Below the pieces are notes generated by a model. The model saw nothing but the letters and a program-made list of their open reading frames with translations, was not told where the DNA came from and ran no database searches. The position numbers were made by a program, and so were the translations under genes. From sequence record OZ262643.1: 32,000 bases of DNA, one strand, 5' to 3'. How positions within the stretch are numbered: position 1 is the stretch's first letter; every line of letters begins with the position of its first letter. This document shows positions 10,982 through 22,600 of the stretch, in pieces.

Positions 10982-13243
10982 ATGATCTTTCTTAATTATA
11001 AACATATTTATTTATCTTTATTCACAAATTATATTAAACAGATTTCTTTATATTCTTCTGAATATTCTGATAACGTTTTGCATTTAACTATGCCTAAACT
11101 AATTATTTATTTAGATTCGAAAATAGTTAGTTCTATGTCTGTCAATCAATCTAATAAAACTCTTGATACATCTATAAATGGTGATAAATCTACTATAAAT
11201 AAAAAGTATAAAGAGAAGAATTACTTGCAGGATAATGTTGAAAATAAAAAAAATAAACATAAAATAGCCAAAAAAAAACGTGACCTCGTAAATAATGAGA
11301 TATTTGTAGATACTAAAGATGACTTATTTGTCAAAGATTCTTTGGATTTATCCTTATTGCAATCTCGTAAATTAAGCAGTAAAACTAAGAAAAAAAATAA
11401 GTTAAAAATAGAAGATGTAAAATCTTCTAATGATTTACTAAGAGATTCTGATGGTAATAGAAATTTACAACAAGCTACTTCCTCTAAATTTTCTAATACA
11501 GTTATTATTAATTTTCCATTAACTATTGAAGAATTATCTTTACAATTATATATTCCAGAAGCGGAAATTATTACTTATTTGTTTTTAAAAAAAGGTATCT
11601 CTGTTACTTTAAATCAAATTTTAGACGTTTCTATTGCTAAGGAAGTTGCCATGAACTATGATTTTACTGTGTTAGATTTAGATAATAGTTCTAATACTTA
11701 TCAGAGATCTCAAAATTCTGTAAGCTCTTTAAATACTACAAGTCGTTCTCCAATAATTACCATATTAGGTCATGTAGATCATGGTAAAACGACATTATTG
11801 GATACAATCTTAAAAACTAATTTGGTTATAAAAGAATCAGGTGGTATAACTCAAGCTATTCGTGGTTATGAAATGGAATTTAACTATGATTCAAAAAGTT
11901 ACAAATTAATTTTTCTAGATACACCTGGTCATGCATCTTTTAAAGAAATGCGTTTAAGAGGTGCTAAAATTACAGATATAGCTTTATTAGTTATTGCATA
12001 TAGTGATGGCTTAAAGCCTCAAACTGTTGAAGCTATAAATTATATTAAAGAGATGAATCTTAATTGTATAATTGTTATTACTAAAACAGATTATGTTGAT
12101 GAGAATATTGATTTTATACTTCAAGATCTTGCTAAATATGGTCTTAATTCTGATCAATGGGGTGGGGAAATTGTAGTCGTTCAGGTTAGTGCTTTAACTG
12201 GTCGGAATATAACGACTTTATTATCAGAAATTTGTATTATGTCTGAAATAAAAAATTTTACTGCTAATCCTGATCAATTAGCTTCCGGAACTATTTTTGA
12301 ATCTTATCTAGACAAAAAACAAGGACCAATAGCTTATGCGGTTGTACAGAATGGAACGTTAAACATTGGAGATATTTTAGCTTCATCTGGTATTTATGGA
12401 AAGGTTAAAAACTTAATTGATGTAAACTTACAAAAAGTCTTACTAGCTAGACCCTCTTCTATTGTACAAATTTTGGGTTTCTCTGATCTCCCTTATGCAG
12501 GCTCAACTTTTCAAGTGGTAAATAGTGATAAAGAAGCAAAGCAGTTATGTTTAAGTTATTCAAATCGCGATGGTAGTTCTAAGAATTTTAAAGTATCAAG
12601 TAATAATATTTCTAAAGATATTATGACTGGTATTAAAGAAATTAAGTTAATTATAAAAGCAGATAAACAAGGCTCATTAGAAGCTATATTAGATGTATTA
12701 TTGAATTTACCGCAGTCTAAGGTAAGAGTTCGTGTGGTTTCAGCTAGTTGTGGTATTGTTTCGAATAGTGATGTTGAATTAGCTTTAGTTACTAGTTCAA
12801 TTGTATTAGCTTTTAATATAGACGTATCATCTAATATTAATAAATGGATAAAAGAGAATAGTCTTACTTTTAAAACTTTTAATATTATATATGATTTATC
12901 TGAATATGTACAAGGTGTCATGCTTGATTTGTTATCGCCAAATTATGATAAAGTGTTTGTCGGTCGCGCTGTTGTTCGTACAGTTTTCAATATTAATAAT
13001 GGCGTTGTTGCTGGTTGTTATGTAAATCAAGGTAAGTTAATGAAAATGTGTCATTTATGTGTGTATCGTAATAATGAAATAGTTTATGAGGGTTTATTAA
13101 ATTCCTTGAAAATAATTAAAAACAATGTTGACGAAGTACAATTCGATAATGAGTGTGGTTTGATGTGCAACTATGATTTATGGCAAACAGGTGATATTAT
13201 TGATGCTTATCAACTTGTAAGTAGAAAAAAAACTTTGACATAA
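10982..13243 (+). CDS. infB: translation initiation factor IF-2; the start codon is uncertain
   Basis: GTPase G-domain motifs: GHVDHGKTTLLD (G1), DTPGH (G3), and TKTD at the G4 position (canonical NKxD). IF-2 C-terminal domains follow. The long Lys/Asn/Ser-rich N-terminal region is not recognisably conserved. Candidate starts are TTG 10973, ATG 10982, ATG 11090 and ATG 11135, none with a clear SD. Confidence 0.88.
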   Translation: MIFLNYKHIYLSLFTNYIKQISLYSSEYSDNVLHLTMPKLIIYLDSKIVSSMSVNQSNKTLDTSINGDKSTINKKYKEKNYLQDNVENKKNKHKIAKKKRDLVNNEIFVDTKDDLFVKDSLDLSLLQSRKLSSKTKKKNKLKIEDVKSSNDLLRDSDGNRNLQQATSSKFSNTVIINFPLTIEELSLQLYIPEAEIITYLFLKKGISVTLNQILDVSIAKEVAMNYDFTVLDLDNSSNTYQRSQNSVSSLNTTSRSPIITILGHVDHGKTTLLDTILKTNLVIKESGGITQAIRGYEMEFNYDSKSYKLIFLDTPGHASFKEMRLRGAKITDIALLVIAYSDGLKPQTVEAINYIKEMNLNCIIVITKTDYVDENIDFILQDLAKYGLNSDQWGGEIVVVQVSALTGRNITTLLSEICIMSEIKNFTANPDQLASGTIFESYLDKKQGPIAYAVVQNGTLNIGDILASSGIYGKVKNLIDVNLQKVLLARPSSIVQILGFSDLPYAGSTFQVVNSDKEAKQLCLSYSNRDGSSKNFKVSSNNISKDIMTGIKEIKLIIKADKQGSLEAILDVLLNLPQSKVRVRVVSASCGIVSNSDVELALVTSSIVLAFNIDVSSNINKWIKENSLTFKTFNIIYDLSEYVQGVMLDLLSPNYDKVFVGRAVVRTVFNINNGVVAGCYVNQGKLMKMCHLCVYRNNEIVYEGLLNSLKIIKNNVDEVQFDNECGLMCNYDLWQTGDIIDAYQLVSRKKTLT

Positions 13244-13263
13244 AAAGTTCTATTCAGAGTTTA

Positions 13264-13288
13264 GATGAAATTAATTCGTTATTTCATC
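13264..13288. terminator. perfect 8-bp stem-loop between convergent infB and rps18
   Basis: GATGAAAT-TAATTCGTT-ATTTCATC read directly. It lies 21 nt after the infB stop and 18 nt after the rps18 stop. It is symmetric, so it can fold in either transcript. Confidence 0.45.
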
Positions 13289-13305
13289 CTTACTATTTAT
13301 TTGTT

Positions 13306-13518
13306 TTAATCTCGCTTTAAAAAGGGCAATAAAGCTAGTACTCTTGCTCGTTTTATAGATTTAGTAATTCTCTTTTGTTGCTTTGCATTTAATCCAGTGG
13401 AACGTCTAGATAATATTTTTCCTTGATCATTTATGAATTTTCTTAGTAAATCAATATCTTTATAATCTATAGTATTATGATTTAAATTTTTAATATTGGT
13501 CTTGTTGTATGTATTCAT
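13306..13518 (-). CDS. rps18: ribosomal protein S18
   Basis: 70-aa basic ORF with [50 protein letters not shown]. It lies 24 nt downstream of rpl33 (the classic rpl33-rps18 pair). Confidence 0.93.
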   Translation of the reverse strand: MNTYNKTNIKNLNHNTIDYKDIDLLRKFINDQGKILSRRSTGLNAKQQKRITKSIKRARVLALLPFLKRD

Positions 13519-13542
13519 GTGTTACGTTTGATAATTATAAGA

Positions 13543-13746
13543 TTATTTAATCTCTTTGAAGTTTATATGACAATTGCAATATTTGCAAAACTTTTTTATT
13601 TCTAGTCTATTCGGGGTATTTTTTTTATTTTTTGATGTTGTATATCTTGAAATTCCATTTTTTCTTTTTTTGATAGTATTTTCTTTGTCATTCTTACATT
13701 CGCATTCTAACGTAATCGTGATTCTAGATCCTTTATTTTTGCCCAT
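13543..13746 (-). CDS. rpl33: ribosomal protein L33
   Basis: 67-aa [19 protein letters not shown]...[33 protein letters not shown]33 signature and zinc-ribbon-type cysteines. Confidence 0.92.
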   Translation of the reverse strand: MGKNKGSRITITLECECKNDKENTIKKRKNGISRYTTSKNKKNTPNRLEIKKFCKYCNCHINFKEIK

Positions 13747-13856
13747 ATCAGTTTATTTATCTTTTTAGGAAAATTTATCTACTATTGTTTATCTTATCAT
13801 AATAATGTATACTGTTCTAAGTTGTGTACTCTGTAGATTACAATAATTTTCACAAT

Positions 13857-14138
13857 ATGTCTCAAATTTCATCTAATACTAAAAACAATAATATTCTATT
13901 AAGAAATCAAAATCGTAATAAAAGATATAAATTAGCTATTAAAAAAGCCATAAAAAAATATTTGTTGAATTTAAATAGCAGTAAGTTTCAGTCTAATGAT
14001 GTTTCTGAAAATTTAAAAATTTGTTCGGATAATTTATCTTTAGTTTATCAAAGAATTGATAAAGCTGTAAAAAGAAAAGTTTTACATAAAAATACTGCAG
14101 CTCGTAAAAAAAGAAGATTAGCTAAAATGTTAAAATAG
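13857..14138 (+). CDS. rps20: ribosomal protein S20
   Basis: Basic ORF with S20-like segments (NRNKRYKLAIKKAIKK, LVYQRIDKAVKRKVLHKNTAARKKRRLAK). The ORF-track start at 13824 is GTG. The first in-frame ATG is 13857 (MSQISSNTK...), giving 93 aa. Confidence 0.85.
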   Translation: MSQISSNTKNNNILLRNQNRNKRYKLAIKKAIKKYLLNLNSSKFQSNDVSENLKICSDNLSLVYQRIDKAVKRKVLHKNTAARKKRRLAKMLK

Positions 14139-14246
14139 TTCTTCTTTTATAATTTAATAATTAACTTGTACATATTATTGAAATTTAATTAAATATTTGA
14201 TAGATAATTTTATTATCTTGAAATAGTTTAATTGAAGTTTTTTTTG

Positions 14247-14289
14247 TTATATATTTATTTACACATTAATTTTTTATATATTTATTTAC
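14247..14289 (+). repeat. exact 16-bp direct repeat TTATATATTTATTTAC, two copies (14247-14262 and 14274-14289), upstream of rpoB
   Basis: Both copies read directly. They are 27 bp apart start to start. The proximal copy ends 25 nt before the rpoB ATG at 14315. Confidence 0.6.
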
Positions 14290-14314
14290 GTAATTTGTTT
14301 ATTTCATTAGCTCT

Positions 14315-17300
14315 ATGGAGTTTTTCATGTTACACAAGAATATTTCTGTATCAATAATACCTGATTTAGCCGAAATACAAATAAAGAGTTTTAGATCCTT
14401 TTTAGAAAAAGGGTTAGTTGAAGTTTTAGAATACTTTCCTGTTATTACTGATCCTACAGGTAAATTAGAGTTAAGGTTTTTTGGTAAAGATTATAAGCTT
14501 AAATTTCCTAGGTATAATGTACGTAAGGCTAAAAGTCGTGATAAAACTTATAGTGTTCAAATATATCTACCCTCTAAGTTAACGCGTAAAGATACAGAGT
14601 TTATAAAAAAACAAAAAAGTTCTAATCATATTAATACTTTAGGTAACTTAAATAGATATAAAAAATATAGAAAAAGGCAAATTTTCATAGGAGATTTACC
14701 TTTGATGACCAATAGGGGAACTTTTATTATCTCTGGTACTGAGAGAGTAATTATCAATCAAATTGTTAGGAGTCCTGGAATATATTATAAGAAAGAATTA
14801 GATAAAAATAATAAATCTATATATAGCGCTAGTTTAATTTCTAATAGAGGTTCCTGGTTAAAGTTTGAAATTGATTCTAAAGAACAGATTTGGATTAAAA
14901 TTGATAAAACACACAAAATTAATGCTTATGTTTTTTTGAGAGCTATTGGTTTACACAAACAAGAGATTAAATTGCGCTTAAATAAATATCTTTTTTTAAT
15001 TAATGCATCTTCTTTATATGAGCAAAAAGAACTTTCTAAAGAAGTTGGAAAAAATTCTATAGAACAATTAACTGATGAAGAAGCTTTACTTATTGTTTAT
15101 AGTAAGTTAAGGCCTAATGAACCTTCTACTCCTCTGGTAGCTAGACAGATGTTGTATTCACGTTTTTTTGATTCTAGAAGATATGATTTGGGAGAAGTTG
15201 GAAGGCATAAGATTAATCAAAAGCTTAATTTGAAAATACCTAAAAACTTCCGAGTTTTATGTCCACAGGATATTCTAGGAGCAGTAGACTATTTAATTAA
15301 TATTAAAGAACAAAATATTGGCACCTTTGATGATATAGATCATCTAGGCAATAGGAGAATCCGCTCTGTTGGTGAACTCTTACAGAATCAAATTAGAATT
15401 GGTATTAATCGTTTAGAAAGAATTATTCGTGAGCGTATGGTTATTTGTGATTTAGAATCATTAAGTTTATCTAACTTAGTTAATCCAAAGCCATTAGTAG
15501 CTTCTATTAGAGAATTTTTCGGTTCTAGTCAATTATCTCAATTTATGGATCAGACAAATCCTTTGTCTGAATTAACTCATAAACGAAGGATCAGTGCACT
15601 AGGACCTGGTGGATTAAATAAAGATCGTGCTGGTTTTGCTGTTAGAGATTTACATCCTAGCCATTATGGTCGTATTTGTCCTATTGAGACTCCTGAAGGA
15701 CCTAACGCTGGTTTAATTGGGTCTTTAAGTCTATATGCTAGAGTGAATAAATATGGATTTATTGAAACTCCTTGTTATCGAGTTGAGAATAAAAAAATAC
15801 TTAAAGATAGTCTAATCTCTTATATTACGGCTGATCGCGAAGATGAATTAAAAGTAGCTCCTGCAGATATTATGTTAGATTATAATGGAATAATTAAGGA
15901 AACTACTGTACCTATTAGGTATCGTCAAGAGTTTACAAATTCTTTGAGTAGTCAAATAGATTATATCGCTGTGTCGCCCATACAGGTTATTTCAGCTGCT
16001 ACTTCTTTAATTCCTTTCCTAGAACATGATGATGCCAATAGAGCTTTAATGGGATCTAATATGCAAAGACAGGCAGTACCTTTACTTTATCCTAGTAAGC
16101 CTATTGTTGGTACTGGTTTAGAATCGAAAGTAGCTCGTGATGCTGGTGTGGTTATTGTTAGTAGAACAGAAGGTTTAGTAATTTATGTATCAGGTACTAA
16201 AATAGGTATACAAGATGTGAATAGTAAAACGATTCACTATCGTTTAAAAAAATATTATCGGTCTAATCAAGATACTTGCATTAATCAAAGACCAATTGTT
16301 TGGCCAGGTGAAAAAATTGTAAAAGGTCAAATAATTGCTGATGGACCTTCAACAGATTTTGGTGAGATTGCCTTAGGGCAAAATATACTAGTTGCTTATA
16401 TGCCTTGGGAAGGTTATAATTATGAAGATGCTTTTCTAATTAGCGAGAGGTTAGTCTATGATGATTTATATACATCTATACATATAGAAAAATATGAAGT
16501 TGAATGTCGCCAAACAAAGCTGGGTAATGAAGAAATTACGCGTAATATACCTAATACAAGTGAATCATCTATATCTCTGCTTGATAAGAATGGTATTATT
16601 AGTGTCGGTTCATGGGTTGACTCAGGTGATATTTTAGTTGGTAAAATTACTCCTAAAGGAGAATCTGATCAGTTGCCTGAAGGTAAACTTTTAAGAGCAA
16701 TTTTTGGTGAAAAAGCGAGAGATGTTAAAGATACATCGTTAAGACTACCAAACGCAGCCAAAGGTAGAGTTGTTAACGTTAAAGTCTTTAAGAGGCAGCA
16801 TGGAGATGATCTGCCGCCAGGTACTAATTCTATAATACGTGTATACGTTGCGCAAAAAAGAAAAATCCAAGTAGGCGATAAAATGGCAGGCCGTCATGGT
16901 AATAAAGGAATTATCTCAAGAATTTTACCAGTTCAAGATATGCCTTTCTTGCCTGATGGTACAACTATTGATATTATTTTGAATCCTTTAGGTGTTCCTT
17001 CTCGAATGAATGTAGGTCAATTATTTGAGTGTTTATTAGGTCTTGCTGGTAAATATATGTCAAAAAGATTTAAAGTGGTACCCTTCGATGAAATGTATGG
17101 AGAAGAGGCATCACGTGCTCTTGTTAATAACAAGTTAAAACAAGCTAGTTCTATTAGTGATAATGCTTGGTTATTTAATTTAATGCATCCAGGTAAAGTT
17201 AAAGTTTTTGATGGAAGAAGTGGAGAACCTTTTGATAATCCTATAACAGTTGGTCAAGCATACATGTTAAAACTTGTACATTTAGTAGATGATAAAATTC

Positions 17301-17695
17301 ATGCGCGTTCTACTGGTCCTTATTCTCTTGTTACTCAGCAACCTTTAGGTGGGCGTGCACAACATGGTGGTCAAAGGTTGGGCGAAATGGAGGTTTGGGC
17401 TTTGGAAGCTTTTGGTGCTTCATATACTTTACAAGAATTATTAACAGTAAAATCTGATGATATGCAAGGTAGAAATGAAGCGTTAAATGCTATAGTTAAA
17501 GGTAAACCTATTCCTAAGCCAGGTACACCTGAATCCTTTAAAGTATTAATGCGTGAGTTACAGTCTTTGGGCTTAGATATCTCTGTTCATAAGTTAGAAC
17601 TTAATGAAAACAACAATAGTTCTAGGTCAGATTATAATTATTCTGTAGACTTGCCTATAGTAAAAGATGTTTTTTATACTAAGGACTTATATTAA
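14315..17695 (+). CDS. rpoB: DNA-directed RNA polymerase beta subunit
   Basis: 1126-aa ORF with [35 protein letters not shown] and [11 protein letters not shown] motifs. An alternative in-frame ATG lies at 14327. The TAA stop shares its last A with the rpoC1 ATG. Confidence 0.96.
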   Translation: MEFFMLHKNISVSIIPDLAEIQIKSFRSFLEKGLVEVLEYFPVITDPTGKLELRFFGKDYKLKFPRYNVRKAKSRDKTYSVQIYLPSKLTRKDTEFIKKQKSSNHINTLGNLNRYKKYRKRQIFIGDLPLMTNRGTFIISGTERVIINQIVRSPGIYYKKELDKNNKSIYSASLISNRGSWLKFEIDSKEQIWIKIDKTHKINAYVFLRAIGLHKQEIKLRLNKYLFLINASSLYEQKELSKEVGKNSIEQLTDEEALLIVYSKLRPNEPSTPLVARQMLYSRFFDSRRYDLGEVGRHKINQKLNLKIPKNFRVLCPQDILGAVDYLINIKEQNIGTFDDIDHLGNRRIRSVGELLQNQIRIGINRLERIIRERMVICDLESLSLSNLVNPKPLVASIREFFGSSQLSQFMDQTNPLSELTHKRRISALGPGGLNKDRAGFAVRDLHPSHYGRICPIETPEGPNAGLIGSLSLYARVNKYGFIETPCYRVENKKILKDSLISYITADREDELKVAPADIMLDYNGIIKETTVPIRYRQEFTNSLSSQIDYIAVSPIQVISAATSLIPFLEHDDANRALMGSNMQRQAVPLLYPSKPIVGTGLESKVARDAGVVIVSRTEGLVIYVSGTKIGIQDVNSKTIHYRLKKYYRSNQDTCINQRPIVWPGEKIVKGQIIADGPSTDFGEIALGQNILVAYMPWEGYNYEDAFLISERLVYDDLYTSIHIEKYEVECRQTKLGNEEITRNIPNTSESSISLLDKNGIISVGSWVDSGDILVGKITPKGESDQLPEGKLLRAIFGEKARDVKDTSLRLPNAAKGRVVNVKVFKRQHGDDLPPGTNSIIRVYVAQKRKIQVGDKMAGRHGNKGIISRILPVQDMPFLPDGTTIDIILNPLGVPSRMNVGQLFECLLGLAGKYMSKRFKVVPFDEMYGEEASRALVNNKLKQASSISDNAWLFNLMHPGKVKVFDGRSGEPFDNPITVGQAYMLKLVHLVDDKIHARSTGPYSLVTQQPLGGRAQHGGQRLGEMEVWALEAFGASYTLQELLTVKSDDMQGRNEALNAIVKGKPIPKPGTPESFKVLMRELQSLGLDISVHKLELNENNNSSRSDYNYSVDLPIVKDVFYTKDLY

Positions 17696-19590
17696 TGACC
17701 CAAATCGATAATTATTTTGATTATGTAAAAATAAGTTTAGCTTCACCTGATAAAATAAGGTCTTGGGGTGAGAGAACTTTGCCAAATGGTCAAATCGTTG
17801 GTGAAATTACTAAACCTGAAACGATTAATTATAGAACTTTAAAGCCTGAGATGGATGGTTTATTTTGTGAACGTATTTTCGGACCTGTTAAAGATTGGGA
17901 ATGTCACTGTGGTAAGTATAAAAGATTCCGTTATAAAGGAATTGTTTGTGAACGATGCGGAGTTGAGATAACTGAATCTAAAGTTAGACGACATAGGATG
18001 GCTTATATTGAATTAGCTGCTCCTGTTACTCACGTATGGTATTTAAAAGGAAGTACTAGTTATATTGCTCTGGCTCTAGATTTAACTGTCAAAGAAGTTG
18101 AAAAAATAGTATATTTTCATTCTTATGTTGTTTTAAATCCAGGTAATTCTGAAAAACTTTACTATAAGCAATTACTCGAGGGCTATGAATGGAGATCTTT
18201 AGAAGATAAATTATATAATAAATCTACAGAATTTTTCAATGTAGTTGTAGGTATAGGTGCAGAAGCAATTTATCAACTATTACAAGATATTGATCTTCAG
18301 AATAGTATTCATTTATTGAGAGAAGAAGCATTAAATCCTCCAAAAATACAAAAACAGGTTTCAACAAAATTTGGTAAAAAAATGAAGAGATTACGTCTGC
18401 TAGAAAACTTTATTTCTACTGGTGCTGAATTATGTTGGATGGTTTTTTTTGTTATACCCGTAATACCTCCTGACTTAAGACCAATGGTCCAATTGGATGG
18501 TGGAAGATTTGCTACGGCTGATTTAAATGAATTTTATCGTCGTATTATTAATCGTAATAACCGTTTAGCCAGATTAAAAGCAATTCTAGCACCTGAAATT
18601 ATTATCCGTAATGAAAAGAGAATGTTGCAAGAAGCAGTTGATGCATTAATGGATAATGGACGTCGTGGTAGAACAGTTGTTGGGTCTAATAATAGACCAT
18701 TAAAATCTTTATCTGATATTATTGAAGGTAAACAAGGACGATTTAGACAAAATTTGTTAGGAAAAAGAGTTGATTATTCTGGCAGATCTGTAATAGTTGT
18801 TGGGCCTAATTTAAAATTACACCAATGTGGTTTACCAAAAGAAATGGCTTTAGAGTTATTTCAACCTTTTGTTATACATCGTTTAATTGTTCAAGGTTTA
18901 GTCAATAATATTAAGGCTGCTAAGAAGCTAATACAAAAAAATGATATTCTAGTATGGAATGTGCTAGAGGAAGTGATTCATGGTCATCCGGTATTATTAA
19001 ATAGAGCTCCTACTTTACATCGTTTAGGTATACAGGCGTTTGAACCAATGCTAGTAGATGGTAGAGCTATTAAATTACACCCTTTAGTATGTCCAGCTTT
19101 TAATGCTGATTTTGATGGTGATCAGATGGCTGTCCACATACCCTTATCTTTAGAAGCTCAGGCAGAAGCTAGGTTGTTAATGTTGGCACCTCATAATTTT
19201 TTATCACCAGCTACAGGTACTCCTATTATTATGCCGAGTCAAGATATGGTTTTAGGATGTTATTATTTAACTACTAGCAATCCATCTGCCGTTCAGGGAC
19301 AAGGACATTTTTTTTCTAGTCTTCAGGATGTTATTATGTCTTATAGTAATGGACAAGTAGCTCTTCATTCATTTATATGGGTACGTTTTGATGGAATAGT
19401 TGATTCGTTTTATGATGAGAGTTCTCCTCCCTTAAAAACTGAGCATGATGTGAGTGCTAATAAACTAATCTATTATTCTAACAAAATTCTTAAAATAAAT
19501 AGTAATGGTTGTACCTTAGTGCAGTATATTAGGACTACTGCTGGACGTATTTTATTTAATGACGCTATACGTGACTCTTTATTACATTAA
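17695..19590 (+). CDS. rpoC1: DNA-directed RNA polymerase beta-prime N-terminal part (gamma, RpoC1)
   Basis: 631-aa ORF with the zinc-binding CHCGKY...CERCGVE, the catalytic [12 protein letters not shown] and [17 protein letters not shown]. Confidence 0.96.
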   Translation: MTQIDNYFDYVKISLASPDKIRSWGERTLPNGQIVGEITKPETINYRTLKPEMDGLFCERIFGPVKDWECHCGKYKRFRYKGIVCERCGVEITESKVRRHRMAYIELAAPVTHVWYLKGSTSYIALALDLTVKEVEKIVYFHSYVVLNPGNSEKLYYKQLLEGYEWRSLEDKLYNKSTEFFNVVVGIGAEAIYQLLQDIDLQNSIHLLREEALNPPKIQKQVSTKFGKKMKRLRLLENFISTGAELCWMVFFVIPVIPPDLRPMVQLDGGRFATADLNEFYRRIINRNNRLARLKAILAPEIIIRNEKRMLQEAVDALMDNGRRGRTVVGSNNRPLKSLSDIIEGKQGRFRQNLLGKRVDYSGRSVIVVGPNLKLHQCGLPKEMALELFQPFVIHRLIVQGLVNNIKAAKKLIQKNDILVWNVLEEVIHGHPVLLNRAPTLHRLGIQAFEPMLVDGRAIKLHPLVCPAFNADFDGDQMAVHIPLSLEAQAEARLLMLAPHNFLSPATGTPIIMPSQDMVLGCYYLTTSNPSAVQGQGHFFSSLQDVIMSYSNGQVALHSFIWVRFDGIVDSFYDESSPPLKTEHDVSANKLIYYSNKILKINSNGCTLVQYIRTTAGRILFNDAIRDSLLH

Positions 19591-19621
19591 AATTTATAAT
19601 TAGCTGTGTTTTAATATTACT

Positions 19622-22600
19622 ATGAAAAATTCTTTCTCAGATATTCCTTTTCTTAATAAAGTTATTGATAAATCTGAATTAAAAAAATTAATAACTTGGG
19701 CCTTCAGAAGTTTTGGTATTGCTCGTGCTTCTAATATGGCTGATAAACTCAAAGATGTGGGTTTTTTTTATGCTACTAAGTGTGGAATATCTTTAAGTTT
19801 GGAGGATTTACGTATTCCCCCAACTAAACAACACTTAATAAGTGCAACGCTTAAATCTATATATGTAACTGACCAGCGATATGAAAGAGGTGAAATTACT
19901 GCTGTAGAACGTTTTCAAAAAGTTATTGATACATGGAATTATGCTAGTGAAAGCTTAAAAAAGGAAGTAATTCAATATTTTAAAGATACTGATCCATTAA
20001 ATTCTATTTACATGATGGCTTTCTCTGGGGCAAGAGCAAATATTTCTCAAGTAAAACAGTTAGTTGGTATGCGTGGACTAATGGCAGATCCACAAGGACA
20101 AATTATTGATTTACCGATTTTTCATAACTTCCGTGAGGGCTTAACTATAACTGATTATTTTATTTCATCTTATGGTGCTAGGAAAGGTTTAGTTGATACC
20201 GCTTTAAGGACAGCCGATTCAGGTTATTTAACCCGTCGTTTAGTAGATGTAGCTCAAGATATTATTGTACGTGAAAATGATTGTTGTACTACGAAGGGTA
20301 TTTTACTAGAAGAAATGTGTGATAATCAAAAAATTTTAATTACATTACAACAAGCGTTAGTTGGTAGAATCTTAGCTGAAAATATAGTAGATGTTGATAA
20401 CAAAAATGTTATTGGGCATATCAATCAAAGTATTGATAGTAATTTAGCTGAAAAAATTGTCAGTTTAGGTATACGTAGCGTTTTAGTGCGGTCTCCTTTA
20501 ACATGTTTATCCACTCGTTCTGTTTGTCAGTTGTGTTACGGTTGGAATTTAGCACATGGTAAGTTAGTTGATCTTGGTGAAGCCGTTGGTATTATAGCTG
20601 CACAGTCAATAGGAGAACCAGGTACTCAACTAACAATGCGTACTTTTCATACTGGCGGTGTCTTTACAGGGGAATTATCACAAAATATAACTTCTGATAT
20701 CCAGGGATTAGTTAAATATCCGAGTAACATTAATATTACTAGGATTAGAAATAGGCATGGCGATTATGTTAATTTATTAAACTCTGATTCTTTTATTAAG
20801 GTTATAGGGGAAGCAGGACAAATAAGACTATATCCTGCAATTAAAGGTTCTTTTATTATAGTGCAAAATAATAAATATGTAGTAAACGGAGAAATTTTAG
20901 TTGAGTATACTTTAAGTGGTAAATTATCCACTGAAAAAGCAAAAAAATCTGTAGTAGCTAATTTTTCTGGTAGTATTCATTTTAGTAACCATATATCAAC
21001 ACAAGAAGCATTAAATAGTACGTTAAATAATAGTTTAGTTATTTGGATATTATCTGGTGAAGTTTATAATTTACCTTCTGGAACTAAATTATTAGTAGGC
21101 AGTAATCAATTTATCAAACGTAATAGTTTATTAGCTACTACACAGTTATTAAGCGAGTATGATGGCAAAGTTTATGTGATTAAAGATAAGTTGATGTTTT
21201 CACGCTTGTTATTAGTTACATCTTCCAAATTATATACCAATTTAAATGTTGGTGTAGATCATGAAAGTGATTATAAAAAATATTTTCTTGAGACTGATAG
21301 TGGTGATCGATTTACCTTAAAATCTCAACCTAATAAGAGAATATTGCATCAACAAGTTATAGGTGACTTAATGTCAAATGCATATAAAACTATTAGTGGT
21401 GGTATTGTAAAATATCTTGATCTATCAGTTTCTAGAAATAGTGATCAAGATTTTTACAATATTCATGGATCAGGCTATATACTTTGGATTCCAGAAGAAA
21501 CTCATGTGGTAAACAAAGACTCATCATTATTACTAGTTAGTAATTCTTATTTTATAGAAGCTGGTACAGAGATTATGCAGAATATTTTTGCAAATAATTC
21601 AGGTTTTTTAGAAGTAGCTGAAAAAGATGGAATTATTAGAGAAATTATTATTAAACCAGGTCAACTGCATGAAATTTTATATTCAGAATATGAATCCTTG
21701 AAAAAATATAGAGGTTTTTTGAGGCCTGGAGAATATCTTTTAAAGCGTTTAACAACAGTTAAATTAGTTTATTGGGAATATCTTTGTTATATGAATCAGC
21801 ATTTTTTATTACTAAGACCTGTTATTATTTACTCTGTTCCTCAAAAAAATTTATTTCTTAAATTTTCAAATAATTCGTTTGCTACTGACCGTGTTAATCT
21901 CAAATTGGTTAGAAGAACATACTTTAAAGATGGAGAAAGGATCCGGTCAGTTCATGGTATTAATCTAATTTCTACTCACTTAATTGTTGAATTACATGAG
22001 AGTGTTTCTTCCTTAAAGTGCTATATGCAATTTCAAGTATTTCATCAATTAAATAAAAAAGACAAGTTTTTAATTAAATTTATAACAGCAGATTTTTTAA
22101 CTATCAAAGATTCTTATTTTGATAAAAATCAAAATTTATATACAAAAACTTTTATACTAGTTAAAGATGGTCAATTTATTAATTCAAACTCAGTAATATC
22201 AAAAACTGACATATTTTCTTCAATTTCTGGCAAAATTGCTTATATTGAAGAAAAAAAAGGTATTAGTCAGCGTATCTTAATTGTTGGCAAAGCCAATACA
22301 TCTACTTTTGATATACCTAACGATCGAAATATGAAAGTTTCTTTGGGGAGTTGGGTATATTCTGGTGATGAGATAGCCACTAATATTATTGCAGAATCTT
22401 CTGGCAGAATTATATCAATACATGACAATCAAGTTGTTCTCCGTATAGGTCAACCATATCTAATTTCGCGTGGTTCATTAGTACATGTAGCTGATAATAC
22501 TTTAATTCAAAGGGGAGAAAATATTGCTACTCTTATTTTCGATAGGTTTAAAACAGGTGATATAGTGCAGGGTTTACCAAGAATAGAAGAAATCTTAGAA

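Noticed and set aside
12556-12921. A 121-aa minus-strand ORF inside infB.
   Set aside because: It is antisense to the conserved IF-2 C-terminal domains and has no recognisable motif or independent expression signals. It is a shadow ORF.
13824-13856. A GTG-initiated 11-codon extension of rps20 (MYSVDYNNFHN).
   Set aside because: The extension has no resemblance to S20. An in-frame ATG at 13857 gives a normal-length protein. The GTG start cannot be excluded without data.
14183-14194. A perfect 12-bp palindrome, ATTTAATTAAAT, in the rps20-rpoB spacer, with the nearby AGATAAT-TTT-ATTATCT mini-hairpin at 14202-14218.
   Set aside because: Both are pure A/T sequence. Such palindromes are expected by chance at this composition, and the stems are too short and weak to call.
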